A stretch of 64,000 nucleotides of DNA from Podarcis pityusensis (GCA_964106645.2 OZ067038.1), one strand, 5' to 3'. Shown: positions 26,901-40,898, numbered from the stretch's first letter. Notes: generated from the letters alone by a model not told the origin. Program-made: numbers and translations.

Positions 26901-28869
26901 CAAGCTGGCCATTAATGATGGGTATAATAATGCATTAGGGATGTCCAATTTAATTCTTGCTCTGTATGATAGTTTGTATCAAATATGAGTCATTCTAACT
27001 TACCTGTTTGGAGACGAGAAAGCCCTAATATATAAATCTTTGTATTTATATGTCAAACCCAAAGTTTCTGATCTTATTATTGAAATCAAATTACCTCTTT
27101 TCTTTCTTGTTAAAAAACAGCCAGGGGACCATGCAGTGTTCACACTTTTAGATCTTTTAAGCTCCCTGTTTTGCTGGATTTTAACCCATTTTTTAATTGT
27201 CCATTCCTGTAGGTGGTCTTTCTCTAATGTTGTTCATGCATAACCTCCTTGCAAATATAAGAAGAACAGTTTGTTTTTCACTCTGGGGCCAACTACTGGA
27301 CATATCAATGGTTTGATTCATTATAGGGCATCTTCCTATGCTCCAGTTTCCCTAGGAGTTTGCTTCTGTCATGAGAAAAAGGAGACAAGAGAGAACAGAA
27401 ATTAAGGATGGGAGGAAATGCCCTTTTTGCTGTAGATCCACGAAAGTAGGGAAACAGGGCTGTTACGACCCAGAAGAGTTCGTATGGAACTCCTAGCCAG
27501 TTGGAAGGCTTCACAGTCAGAGCCTGTTGGAATTGGAAAGAAGAAAAGTAGGAGACTCCTCACTCTTTCCCAATCATCTTATGCTCATGGAATGGCTGAA
27601 TCTGCTGCTCCCAGTGGAGAGATATGAGTTCTAGTTCAGTGGCAATAATTTGGTTCCCTATGACTTTTATTTTAAATCCTTTGGGCAGTTATTACCTCAA
27701 ACTCCAACACTGTTTTTTTGTGGGGTTTTTTATAAAACTTGATAGCGGATTGGAGTTAAGAGTGGGTTAGCTATTAAGAGTTAAACTTCAAAGAAATTCC
27801 TGTGCGTGTTTACTGCAGATTGGGTGATCTCTGCATTACATACACAAATGGCAGCAAAGTTTGAGCTTTTGCCTACTATGAAAGAAATGCAGCGTTACTA
27901 AAGAGGATCTGCTGCTCTGATCAAGAGTTTCTCTGGTGGACCTGACTTTGGGTTATGTACGAGCATGTATCCCATCTTTACACTGGCACACAAGGTTATG
28001 GCATGCCTGTTCACAATACCACGATCAATAGGGTTATTCCTTTAGTGCAAGGTGCATTTTGACTTGTTCTTGGCGACTTGTGTTTAATACAGTTAGTGAC
28101 TCATCTATATTGTTATGCTTTTATAGATCCTATATAGTGCAATAATTCCCTACTTCCCCTTCTCATTAACAAGCTCACACACTCTGGAGGAGAACAAAGC
28201 ATTGTATTTTGCCACTGGGATTCTGGCTTCTTTGGCTGAAATCACCAGTTGGCTTGAAATCTGAGTTCCAGGCTGCACTCGAGTATGTAGGTAGGCGCCT
28301 GTACAGACACCTACTGGCTCCAGCCTTGAGGCTTACAGATAGTTATCGCAGAGGCGCAGAAATGGTAATGGAAATTAAAAAGAGCACTACTGTAATTTCC
28401 TGAAGTGCCCTGAAGCAGGTTTTGGAGCAAAGATGTAATTTCATAGATCTGCATGAATGGTGTGAATGCAGACAATTTAACCCCTGGGCTGCCTTCAGCG
28501 ATTTTGGAAACGGGAGAGAGTAGAACCTTCCTGATGCTATCATGGAAATAATTGATCACACTTCAGATTTAATGCAGAATTGAAAGCATGTTTCCTCATA
28601 AGTGTGACCTGTTGAATTCAGTGAACCTTTTTTTGAATAGTAATATAAGTGTGCTTAGGACTGCAGGATATTTATTTTATTCTGTTTCATTTTAAGGTTG
28701 AAATTACACTGCATCATGTTTAGTATGGAAGAGCCACTGAAGGTACTGAAGTGGATCGCAAATTGCGTTTTTGGCTTAGTTGAAATCCCATTTCAGCAAG
28801 TTACTTATGAGAAGGGGCCTCGCTCCCAGGACTCATGGAAGGGCAATGATCATAAGGAGCTTTGAAATT

Positions 28870-29299
28870 TGTTATTGTTTAGTCGTTTAGTCGTGTCCGA
28901 CTCTTCATGACCCCATGGACCAGAGCACGCCAGGCACTCCTGTCTTCCACTGCCTCCCGCAGTTTGGTCAAACTCATGCTGTAGCGTCGAGAACACTATC
29001 CAACCATCTCATCTGTCGTCCCCTTCTCCTTGTGCCCTCCATCTTTCCCAACATCAGGTTCTTTTCCAGGGAGTCTTCTCTTCTCATGAGGTGGCCAAAG
29101 TATCGGCTTTAGGATCTGTCCTTCCAGTGAGCACTCAGGGCTGATTTCCTTAAGAATTGATAGGTTTGATCTTCTTGCAGTTCATGGGACTCTCAAGAGT
29201 CTCCTCCAGCACCATAATTCAAAAGCATCAATTCTTCGGTGATCAGCCTTCTTTATGGTCCAGCTCTCACTTCCATACATCACTAACTTCCATACATCA
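28870..29299 (-). mobile_element. BovB (RTE) LINE, 5'-truncated 3' end
   Basis: Typical BovB 3' sequence (gtcgtgtccgactcttc..gaccccatggac; tccaaccatctcat; catgaggtggccaaagta; aaaagcatcaattcttcgg). 10-bp TSD CTTTGAAATT at 28860-28869 and 29300-29309. Confidence 0.9.
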
Positions 29300-30984
29300 C
29301 TTTGAAATTACTTGCATGTGAATAGTTCCATGTGAATGTTGACAATCCCTGATAAATGTATTGAGTCCTGGGGCTGTAGGAGGCCACTTTAAACTGTTTC
29401 AGGCCAATGATCCACCTGCCTCAGTATTGTCTCCAATGTTAGCAGCCCTATAGGATTGAAGATGGTCTTTCCCAGGTCTAACTGGAGATGGCAGGGGTAG
29501 AATCTGTGGCCTTCTGCATGTGCTCTTCCACTGAGCTCCAATTCTTCCTCCCCCCCCAAAGTTCAACATTCACTGCTGCATGTCCTTACTTGTGAGCTAT
29601 AGACTGGTAAGTGCTCACAGTCTTCTTTTTAAAAAACAACAACAACATGAATATATCCTCTGGTATACCTCCGTCACTCAGAAAAGGTCAAACTGCATAT
29701 CCATGATTGGATTTTCCTTCTTTGAAAAAACTCACAGGAGAGGAGGGATGTTATAACCTTTTACTTGTTCACCGTTTCCCCAGTCTCATCTCCATCCTTA
29801 AGGTGCAGCTAACTCCCATTAAAGGCAGGGGGGGGGGGATAGTCAACAAGTACATACAAGTGCTGTTAACAGCAGCAAATTTGGAGCGCAAACTGTGTTA
29901 GTGTCTCCCTTTTACTGTTGTTAGCCGCTCTGAGCCCAGCTTTGGCTGGGGAGGGTGGGATATAAATAAAATTTATTATTATTATTATTCACCTGTAACT
30001 CTCTGCAGTGTGCAAGACACCTGTGCAGAGTGTGGACTTCTACATCCATGTTCAAGCAGATTACACGCCTTGTGTTTTATATACAGATTAAAAACACATG
30101 CCTTGTGTTTTATATACAGATTCTAGCTAGTGGAATTGCACCTGTATGCCTCTGAGTGAGAAAGTAAATACTATCTGTATAAGGACTAAGGACTGGGTGT
30201 TAGAATGAGGTGGGCAAAAGCAAGGTGATGGCCATTGTCACTGATTCCGAAGCTCTGCAAAACAGACCTTTCCTGTACTGCAAAAAGACTTGGCTCTGAA
30301 AGTGGGGCAGTTAGATTCCCCCATAGTGCTTTGCAGAGGCTCCTTTGTGGCAGGGTGTTCTCTAATCGTGCAGTATTAGGATCTGGTTGGGAAGCTTTGC
30401 ACAAAAGAACTTAGGGGCTCTGGAGGCTTTGCTTTCATGAACTCATTTCTTCTCCTGCTCCCGGGCTGATTTGTTTGCAGAGGCTCGGTTGCCTCAAGCA
30501 ACGTAATATCAGTGTGAACTATGGGGTATCCTTGGAGATCTGCAGGATTCCCTGCAAACCTTTTCAGCTATTAGCCTTTTCAGAGGATGAAACAAATAGG
30601 CATTTTCTTCAGTAGGAGCTATTGCTTAGTCTCCCCTTCCCTTTTCTTTTCTCTGCCCCACCCCACTTTTCTGAAGTATGTAAAAGCAGCTTGGTGTGTT
30701 TCACAGGCAGATACTGTGAACAGTGTAAAGCAATGCCTTCCATGCCACAATCTCTTCTGTTAGTCCTAATGCCTTTGCGTCAGTCTTTAGCCTTAGGGAG
30801 AAGCAATGAGTGAACTTGCAATATGCCTGACACCTGCCCATGCCTCAGTGCTCTTGCTTTCTCCCTGAACTCCCCTTTCCCCATGCCAACTGGGACCATG
30901 TAGCGGCTACAGTCTTCCTGTTGCTTCTTCTGCTTGCCCCATCCCAGCGGATAGCAGCATGGGACTGGCAGTGACTACCCCCCC

Positions 30985-30987
<3 letters not shown>

Positions 30988-31019
<32 letters not shown>
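30988..31019. repeat. (CA)n microsatellite
   Basis: Directly visible. Confidence 0.95.
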
Positions 31020-31021
<2 letters not shown>

Positions 31022-31627
31022 TTTTGCAAGGCTCTGCAAATCCTATCTTTTCTAGAATTGCAATTTTGTGTGGGTGGTGCAAGTGTTGTGATGGCGGGTG
31101 ATGATGTTGTGTAGTATGGGTGTGTGAATATATTTGTGGTGTGGGGGGATGAATGGGTATAGAGGTTGTACCCTTGGGTTTATACTTGTCCTAAACAATC
31201 ATTCTTTTCTTCAGCATTGGAGCATGAATCGTAAACAACAGCTATAATGCCAAATGAGGGGAATTGCACCCTGTAGTGAGTGAATGATCCAGAACTCACA
31301 TTTAAGCTAAGATATATAATGCCAAATTTGTTAACTAATTCTAACAAAGAGATGTTTTGGTGGGTGGGAAGGTTGTGAATAATTTGAAGTCAGTCATACA
31401 GGAAATTGAACCTGCCCCCATTGCTCATTTCAGTACATTTCTATTTATTTATTTTTTGGTCATAAAATTGTGTATGGACAATGCAAATGGCAGAAGAATT
31501 TCCTTGGAAGGTGATCGCTGACATGATATTAGCCGTGCAAGTGAAAAAGACCTTGATAGTTATGATAGGGCCACTGAATATCTTTGCAAAGCTGCAATGC
31601 TTACTTCATTAATCAGTTTGGTTAGCC

Positions 31628-31755
31628 CAGGCTTCCTCGATCTCAGCCCTCCAGATGTTTTGTTTCCTATCATCCCTGACCACTGGTCCTGCTAGCTAGG
31701 GATCATGGGAGTTGTAGGCCAAAAACGTCTGGAGGGCCAAGGTTGAGGAAGCCTG
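31628..31755. mobile_element. Palindromic hAT-type MITE
   Basis: TIR CAGGCTTCCTC / GAGGAAGCCTG. Perfect 8-bp TSD GGTTAGCC at 31620-31627 and 31756-31763. Confidence 0.88.
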
Positions 31756-33989
31756 GGTTAGCCTTTTGGAAGACTGAATAGGTGCCCCCAATCAAAGAGA
31801 TAGTAAGGATACATGTATCTAATTTATAAAAGCTTATGGTGGCAAGAGCAACTCTAAAAGGAGTATTCTGTCCTGGATGTGAGAGAGGGCGAAATGTCTC
31901 TTTTAAATGCTCTGCCACGTGTATGCTTCATCTGAAAACAAAACAGTCCTTGCCTGTAGATTTATGCATATTTAATTGGTTAGAAACTCCTATGAGAAGC
32001 TGGAAGAACCCTAGTTATTTTTGTTACAACATTAAGAACTGACAGGCACTCTCTTATAGAGCCTTGTGCTAGCAAGATAAGAATTGTGGGAGATAAGAGT
32101 TTGTCTTATGGGTACAGAGTTTATTTTTCTGGAAACTGAAAGTAGCTGAGCTAACAGCAGTGGTGGAACCTTTTCCTTCATTTCTTTCAAGTTATTCCTT
32201 CCTCATTCGTAATTAGTTGGTTTATTATAAAAGTATCACAACCCAGTTATAATGCTTTTTAAGCTCTTTTCTTGCTCAGATATGTAAAACTTTGGAAAGA
32301 GGAGTGCTTATTCTCCACTGGCGTGGTAAGAGGCATTTCTGTGGCAACCCATTAGCCAAAGCAAATGCCATCCTTGTCCACAGCTTTACACAATGTAATT
32401 CCCTGTTATTAAATACAGCTGCAGGTGAGCAAACACTTCTTAAAAATGCAAACGGTTCCCTTTATTCAGTTTTTCTTGACTCTCCGTCTCTTAACCGAGG
32501 GATGAACTCTGTGGCATGGTTATGAATTTTAAAGGGAGTTGAGCAAAGCATTGCTTTGAAATTAGCCTCCATTGTGCCTTCACTGAAAAAGCAGTAGAGC
32601 AGCCCTTCTGCCTCGTAATCTCTGTTAATAAGGGTGACTGAGCACATCTTCATTAAACTGTTGGTGTTGCTGTGATGGGGGATTTATTTGGCCCCAGCCT
32701 TCTTTCAGATTCTGACCTCGATGAATCAGCCGTAATGCTCACACTCTGAAAATCTTTTGTTGCCTTGCTGCTGCTCTGAGAGCAATTAGTAGTAATGCAC
32801 AATATATTTGGGGCTAGGGAAGAACCCCAACACATTCTTCCTTTTCTTCTCTTTTTTTAATGAGGGGGGCCTAGCTGTCATAGAATTCAAAGTTCACTTG
32901 ATTGATTGAGCACCATGTTAGCTCTTGTACCTAAAAACCACAAAAGACCAGGAGAACATGTAATATTGCCCCTAAATCATTTTCTTCCCCCATACCCTGT
33001 TTGCACACTTTGGTTGCCAAATGTAGTGAGTTCTTCCGTGTGTAAAATATAAACCGTTTACCCACAACGAAGGCAATTCTTGCAATATGATGGCCCATCC
33101 ACAGATTGCAGTTCTGAACAGAAGAGCAGATATTGGAAGCAAGCCATGCTCTTCTAAGTGTTTAAGGAAATCAAGCTTATTGCGTTTTTGCAGGGCTGCG
33201 GCTTAAGACTGGTTAGAAGTGGGGGCAAAGAGATTTTCGGGGGAGCAAAAGTTTTGACATGGATATACATTGATGTTCTGCAACCAATCTGTTTTGTTAG
33301 CCACTTTGGGCTTCCCTTGGGAAGGATAAGCAATAGGTAACATATTCAGAACATGAAATATGTTTTGAATTGCAAAACTGGAGGGTGTATTAAGGGGGCT
33401 AGCTATCGAGGGGGTTCTTTTAATACCCCATAATAGCCATATTATCAACGTTTTAGAAGAACCATGGTATGTAGACCCATGCAATGCTTATAGTAAAAGC
33501 TGCTCTGCATGTCAAACCTATGAAGTGGCCCAATATAGGTCATGTGGTCTGAAGAACGCAAGGTAGAGGACGCAGCACACCACTGCTCTGAATGGCACCC
33601 CTACACAGATGTCCATAGTTGACCCTTTTTCTGGTATATTATGAGTCACACTACCCTCTTGTGGCCACAAGGTGGTGTTACCAAACTTACATATTCCACA
33701 ACATGGGCTGAAGCTGCCTTGCATTCAGTCTGTCTTTTGGTTCTTCTAAGTATGGTCAGCACACTGTACAGCTGACACCGCCTCTTATTGCACCACAGTC
33801 AAATATTAGCCACCTTCAGACGTTCGCCCACAACTTTGTGCCTCTCTTCCATCCACCCCCTTCCCTCATGTGCTTGCTTTGGCGCAGAAGTGCTGGCTTG
33901 CATTAAGCCAAAGTTTTCAAATGTGGGACCATGAGAAGGGCTTCATCCCTGGATCCAGGAACTCCAGCATGCTAATACAGGGACGAGCG

Positions 33990-34360
33990 TTGCTCCGAGA
34001 TGCTTGAGTCCCAAGTTGTTTAGGTGGCAGTACTTTAAATTCAGCCCAGAAGCTTATAGACACCCATTGAAGATCTTTCAGTATTATGTGATCCCTGATG
34101 GCCGCTCCAGATAATACTCTGACAGGCACACTTGGCACTAATCGTAGTTTCCAGGTCAGTTTTAAGGCAGGTTCATGTTGAATGTATTGCATTAATCCAA
34201 GTGGGAGGTAGCCAGAGCACAGGTCACAGTGACCAGGTTATCTCTGTCTACGGCAGCCATAGCAGACAAACTTGTCATAGCTGGAAAACAGCATTCCAAG
34301 CCAGTGAAGCACCCGAGTCTCTGATGTCAGCTCCGTGTCAAGTACTTCCAGATTATTAGA
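33990..34360 (-). mobile_element. Old L2-type LINE fragment
   Basis: Minus-strand translation KLRLVPSVPVRVLSGA..RDHI.LKDLQWVSISFWAEFKVL resembles the L2 ORF2 C-terminus (KLQLVQNAAAR...L.W LPV.F...FKVL). Confidence 0.65.
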
Positions 34361-35249
34361 ACATAGCAACCTAAAGAAGACCCTTCTGGAGCAGGCCAAT
34401 GGCCATTCTAGTCCATCATCCTGTACTCACAGCGGCCAACCAGATGTCCTTGTGGAACCCACAAACAGGATCCGAGCACTTGCCCCTGCTGGCTGTCAGT
34501 GTAGACAGTTCTGAGCTCCTAGGGATTAGATCTGGGACCTGCTGCAGGCAACAAGTACTTGTTCTTCCTTATCATTGGCAGAAAGGGATAGATACTGTGA
34601 ATATACACGTGCAGTGTTTTCCCAAATGATGCTTTCGGAATCTTATGTATGGGCTGTCAGAATATCAGTAGTGCTAAGTCTTAAGTCTTGAGAGGAATAC
34701 AGCATGAGAGCGCTGGGATCCCCTTCTGGGTCTATAGTTAAAAGTCAGCAGGTGGTTCTCTTCTAGCAAAGGTTTAAGACTGAAAAGCAAACTTTGGGAG
34801 AGTCGCCCTCTGTCTCTCTCCTAATATATTCATTTGTCATAGGCAGACACACAGCGTAGATCTTAATTCCTGATTTTAATTGAAGTTGTCAGCTGGGGGA
34901 AAGGAGTGATTGGTGCTGATGGCACTGTAAACAAAGCTGCTTTAAGATGTTTCTCCGAATGATTAGTGGGCTGTGTTTTAGCTGGAAGTAATTGTTATCC
35001 TTCCTCAAATATCATTTATCAAAAATGCCACCTGCCAGTGGCAGAATAGAAGACGAGCTAAAGGACCAAACAGGATTTATAATCAGTCCAACATGCCCAG
35101 AAGACAAAGTCTGAATTTAATGTTACCCAAGACAGATAAATTTTTAAGGGGGTTAAAACTTTAAAAACTGAAATGAAAGAAATGCCTAGTTCCTCATAAA
35201 CTGTCATTTGTGGCAATGGAATGATACGATTTGAGGGTGTTTTTGAGTA

Positions 35250-35491
35250 CAGTGGTACCTCAGATTGCATACGCTTCAGGTTACATACGCTTCAGGTTAC
35301 AGACTCCGCTAACCCAGAAATAGTGCTTCAGGTTAAGAACTTTGCTTCAGGATGAGAACAGAAATTGGGCTCCGGCGGCGCGGCAGCAGCAGGAGGCCCC
35401 ATTAGCTAAAGTGGTGCTTCAGGTTGAGAACAGTTTCAGGTTAAGTACGGACCTCCGGAACGAATTAAGTACTTAACCTGAGGTACCACTG
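35250..35491 (+). mobile_element. Tc1/mariner (Tigger-like) MITE, copy 1
   Basis: TIR CAGTGGTACCTC...GAGGTACCACTG flanked by TA on both sides. Confidence 0.9.
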
Positions 35492-35829
35492 TATATGCAG
35501 AGTGCATCTCTCTCACACACCACAGGGCAACCATAGCCTGTCATGTTTCATATTAAAGCACAAGCTTTTCTATCACAAGCTTAAAAGTGGGGTTGGGGGG
35601 CAAACTGCCTTCCCTTCCCCCTCTTTCTGCCCCTTTCAGAAATTGCTGCACACATGCATGCCCACAACACAAAAGGTTATCCAAGCTCCAAGGATTTGGA
35701 GGTGGTTCTTTTGCTGCCCATTTCCTTCTATCCTCCACGGGTGTGCCTTGTTTGATTTGAGAGTAACCTGCTGCACTTTCCCTCCCTCCCTCCCCACCCC
35801 CTTCTGCCCTGCCCACACTAACTGAGCAG

Positions 35830-35999
35830 GGCTGACTGACAGGCAGGCAAACAGCCACGGATCCTGCTCAAGCATGTATAATGCATACCTCCCCACACCA
35901 TTCCCACAAGGCAGCCTCACTACGCAAGCAAAAGGGAGCCCCGGCTGGCTTGGCTGTCGTTCTAAAGGCTAAACTGACACACAGCGCCATCTCCCTGGG
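35830..35999 (+). other. STON2: Candidate alternative first or cassette exon in a locally CpG-enriched intron segment
   Basis: Pyrimidine tract plus CACTAAC plus gagcag|, strong donor GGG|GTAAGA (GT at 36000). One frame reads TGRQTATDPAQACIMHTS, similar to a recalled human STON2 optional exon. Confidence 0.5.
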
Positions 36000-38900
36000 G
36001 TAAGAGCCGCAAGGTCGCCTGGCTTGCTTTGATTTTAAACGGGGGGGGGGGGGGGAGGAGGCAGAGAAGGCTAGCAAGATGGGAAGCGGCAAAACAAGAA
36101 GCAGATGTGGGGGGGGGGAGAGAAAGAAAACTTTTGAGTCTGTTGACCCGTTGCCTGCAATACACTTGAAGCTGTAGTGCTGAAAGACTTAACTGACTCT
36201 GTAACCCGAGAGCGTTGAAATGGGGTCTGGGCTGTTTGCTTTTAACTGGACATTTGAGCCGGGAACCCAGAAAGATGCGAGCGGGTTGCCCTTTGCACAT
36301 CGACGCCGTTTTTTACAAAGCTACTCTTCATGGATCTAGCATTTGAGAAAGTTAGCCTGTAAATGCGGCGGCTTTTACAAAAGGAGCTCAAGGTGTAGTG
36401 GTTTGGTCTGGGTTTTCCCCAGAGAAATCCTGATGCTCTTAGCACACAAGACCATGTTGAATGGAATGGTCCAGGGTTTGTTTCTTGGTTCCTTCTCACC
36501 TTTAAAGAAGCAAGCAAAAAGAAAGGGGGAGGGGAGAAAAGCTGGCCTCTTCTTACAGTAAGATAATTCCTGCTATAATGGCATTTGTCTATGTGTTTGT
36601 TCATGGGGAAATCAAATGCGATTTTCACATGTTAAATCAGTTTTTGCATTTCTCTGCAGCTGTAGTCAAATGCTGATGGCCCCATTGACTAGAAAGGGTT
36701 ATTTATTTATTTTAAAAAGGGCTCCGTCCACATTCTGTACTACCTTAATATTCCAAAGTGGTGCATTCCAGACTAAAAGGTGCTTTGGGTATGACTTGTG
36801 AGAACACCTTTCTGTTAGAGGTTTCCTGAGGGTGCAATGCTATGCTATGCAATACCTGGAAGAAAGGCTGTTTGAATTCAGTGAGACTTTTCTCTGCTAG
36901 CATAAAATATAACTCCTTGTGTGTGAAAAAGAATGCAGGGAGAGTAATTCAAAACAAAAGTCAATGTAGATTCTAGCTTATGCAAGGTTGCCTTCAAATT
37001 ATAAGTATGAATAGATACACAGAGACACTTATATAGACATACTTGTTATTAATAATTGTAAAAACTCTGAAAACTTTGTTGGGGTCTTAGGTTTTGTAAA
37101 TAAGTGAATGTATGAATTGGTTAGATCCCCTGACTGCATTATCTGGAGATGTAACTTCTGACTTTTAATATTTGTTGAACACTCATTGCCTTGGTTTGTG
37201 GAGTAATGAATCATGGAATACATAAGTGACCCGAACTTTGCAAGTGATGCCCCAAGCAAGGAAAGGAAAGGAAAGGTCCCTTGAAGTCAAGCTCATGTTG
37301 TTAGGTTGATACTAGTTTCCTTGAAAAACAAGAAAGGCCTTGCCTGTTCTTATTTTTAAACAAGGCTTCGATCGCCAACCTGATTACCATGAAGAGCGTG
37401 GAAATTCTGGCAAAGCATTTGTGGACACTCCGTGGGGTTAAGATTTTAGTGCACTAAATGATAACGCTTCTTTTTACAGTGCAAAAGTGTTTTGAAAATT
37501 CCCTAAAACACGGTGCCAGGTTTACACCACATTTTTGTGAATTTTCAAAGCGAACGGCAAGGGTACCGTTTATTTCTCCATTCTGTCACCTACTCTTTAC
37601 CATATTGCTTTCTCAAACTTGTAATGCCACATATTTAATAAGTTGAGCTCCATCAAATTATGTGATCTCATCCTTAAATAATTCCTTCCTTTTTGTCTTT
37701 TTAATAGGTCAGAATGTTTCTAAAAGAGAGTCACCTTAAAGCCAGTGGAAGGTTGTTGCAGAGTAAATAAATACAATATACAGCTGGTGAAAATGAGCCT
37801 CCAGCTCCTGTGGCTGGAGTAGATATTTGAAAATAGGGGTGTTACATAAACTAAACTCTGCTCCTTTTTTAAAAGTGAAATGTTGGGTGGGAATGCACAA
37901 TGTGAATCTGTAGTAATTGCTAGTGGCTTTAATTTGTTTTTGTTTTCAATTGGAGTCTGGACAGCATCCAGTCCTGTTATTAGTGCTAGGGCTCTGCCCA
38001 GGACCATGTAAATTACTAATATACTTCAGAGCATGTACAGAGGTGCATTTAAGTCACCACAAATCAGTGGTGCTCTCAGGGCAGATGCCCGGAGCCCCAC
38101 TCAGCAGAACATCCAGAAGGGCCATCAGACATGGTAGGGCTTGTTTACCTAATTTTTAAGTAATGCACATGGCCAGCTAAAGAGGATGGGACATAAGACA
38201 GTTAAGTTCAGAGCCCAAAATTACCTAACTGCACCATTGTCCTTGCTTGACCACCCAAGCCAGCCATCTCACCTAATAAAGCAAGGGTTCCATACTAATA
38301 AGCCCAGCTTTCAGGCAAGCTTCAGTATTGTCTCATCGTTTCTGTGGAAGTTAATCCCCGCAGGGAAGCGTTTCCACAAGTCACTCCCAATATATGAAAT
38401 CATAGCATGATAGAAGGGTTGACACACTTTTTTTCCCCTTGAAGGAATTCTGTGCATATGCTGAGAATCAGTTTGGCTCTGCGTGCCTGAGTCTGCCCTA
38501 TGAGGAAACAGGGATATAAACTCAATCACCATTTTGATTCTTATATTTCTCTTCCACCCTTCCTCCAAGGAGCTCAGAGTGACAAATTTGGATTTTGTTA
38601 AATGGTGGGAGCGACTCTTGGGAACAATACCACGAAGATTTGGTGCTTCTATCGGCCATTGCTTACACTGGAACACCCCCCTCCTAAGAGTAACTCTGAT
38701 GTTAAAAAAAATTACAAGGTGGTGCGTCAAAATTTAACAGTTGGAATAAATGTTTAGCATATTTAAGATGTTAGTCTCTATTTAGGACTACTGCTTTCTT
38801 TCGTTGATATTGGCTAGTTAGGCAAAATGCAGAATCAGCTGTTTAGTGCTGGACAGTACATTCTCAGATGTTATCCTCAACCCCTTCACTAACATCATTG

Positions 38901-40528
38901 TCATGCGTGCAGAGCGGGGGGGACTTGGAGCTGTTGTGGTTTTCCGAAGACAATAGTCTTACTCAAAGCCCTTTTATATGTTCTCTAATTCAAGCTTTAT
39001 TTTGAATCCTCATAGCTCATCCTCTGACATTGATGGATAATACTGATTTATTTAGTTTGTTGAGGTATAGATATTAATGCATGCAGACAACCCCGAACGC
39101 TGTATTGTCAAGCTTTCAGGTGTGAGGCTATATTAGTTCAGTAGTTGTGCATTGCTGTAAATCAGCTGATTATTTTTGGGAGAGAGTTTATAACTTTTAA
39201 GAAAACCAATGAGCAACAGAATAGATGCACAAATGCCAGGGACAAATGGAAGCATTTTTTGCCCTAAACGAGGAAGGGATTCATAGAGGGTGAGGTGAAT
39301 GGCAGCTTGGACCTGTCTTGACTCATACATTTAGTTGTTCATTCAGGTGGTTGCTTGCTAGGTAGGGGGTGTTTTTTTGGTGGGGATGGGCTGCAAAAAT
39401 GGTGTAAGGCATCTTTGTAAGATGGATGCTTATATCAGAAGCAGGTGTAATCCAGAAGTTTCATGAAAACAGTGAAGAGGCATAGAATGTTTTGTATTTG
39501 CAGGGGGTACTGATTCTTACAAACAGAACAATTGATGGCTGGAAGGAACTGTAGAATGGTGGGAACTGATTGGCCAGAGAACCTCCTTGTCTCAATCTTG
39601 GGAACGAAGTAAAGGGGCTTGGCAATTAAGAAGGAGAACCTAGGTCACGATAGCCAACGTGTGCCCTCCAGATGTTGCTAGACTACAACTCCCATCATTC
39701 CTGATCATTGACCATGGTGGCTGATGGAAATTAGAGTTCAGCAGCATTTGGAGGGAACCACATTGGCCACCCCTATTCCAGACTATCTGGGAAAATCAAA
39801 ATCTATTCATAAGGCATATTCTTAGGTTTGGTTCATACTGTGTTTTCACCACATACTTTTGAACAGCTGGAGGGGCACTGCATTGACTACTCCTGACCTA
39901 GGTGATGCATAACCTGCTAACCTCACATTTTGGGCCAAATAAAACAGTTTTGGTAGGATTCTGAAGCTTAATGCTTGATGGTGTGGGTAACAGTGTTCCT
40001 CCAGTTCTGCTTTGAGAATCTTGCACCTAGTCACTCACTATATGAACTGGCTGAGAAGTGTCATTGAAAGAACAGCAGGCTTTATGGACCAAGTCACGTG
40101 GTGTGTGATATCACAGCTCAGCACCTTCTAGAAAAACTTCAGAACGTAGGTTGGGCAAAATGGACGAGTTGTGATTTTGACGCATCTTAGAGAAGGCGGA
40201 AACTCAAATGATACTGACTTAACAGAATCAATTTCATGTCAGCCAAAGCTTACAGTGACTCTGTGGAGCTGAGGTAATGTTTTAGTGACTCAACATAGGC
40301 AGGGGCTGCACATGTAGGATCCAGCCACAGAAACAGGCACCCTGCCAGAGGGTTGGGCTATTTACATATTATACTATTCACATGGGAAGTGCTTGCAGAA
40401 AAGCAGCACCCACACAGCTGAGTGAATGCTTAAAGGGCCCTTGTGGTGAGAAAACCCGTTGAGCATAGACTGTGAGGGGACAGCTGTATGAGGTGCAAGG
40501 ATTGTGTGCATGCTATATAAATCCAGAA

Positions 40529-40898
40529 GGGACATAGGTGGCGCTGTGGTTTAAACCACTGAGCCACTTGAGTTTGCTGATTGGAAGGTCGGTGGTTTGA
40601 ATCCCTGCGATGAAGTGAGCTCCCGTTGCTCTGTCCCAGCTACTGCCAACCTAGCAGTCCAAAAACATGCCAGTGCAAGTAGATAAACAGGTACTGCTGC
40701 GGTGGGAAGGTAAACGGCGTTTCTGTGTGCTCTGGTTTGCATCACGGTTTTCCGTTGCGCCAGAAGTGGTTTAGTCATGCTGGCCACATGACCCGGAAAG
40801 CTGTCTGTGGACAAACGCTGGCTCCCTTGGCCTGAAAGCGAGATGAGCGCCGCAACCCATAGTCACCTTTGACTGGACCAGGGGTCCTTTACCGTTAC
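40529..40898 (+). mobile_element. Full-length Sauria SINE
   Basis: tRNA-derived head (gggac..ggtggcgctgtgg...ggtttgaatccc) and (ACCTTT)-like tail. Perfect 16-bp TSD CTATATAAATCCAGAA at 40513-40528 and 40899-40914. Confidence 0.93.

Noticed and set aside
33194-33211. Possible 18-nt phase-1 microexon (GLRLKT), and a similar one near 30706
   Set aside because: Weak donor or short pyrimidine tract. Such matches are expected by chance in a 37-kb intron.
40529-40610. tRNA-like A/B boxes (also 41896-41975)
   Set aside because: SINE heads continuing into SINE bodies, not tRNA genes.
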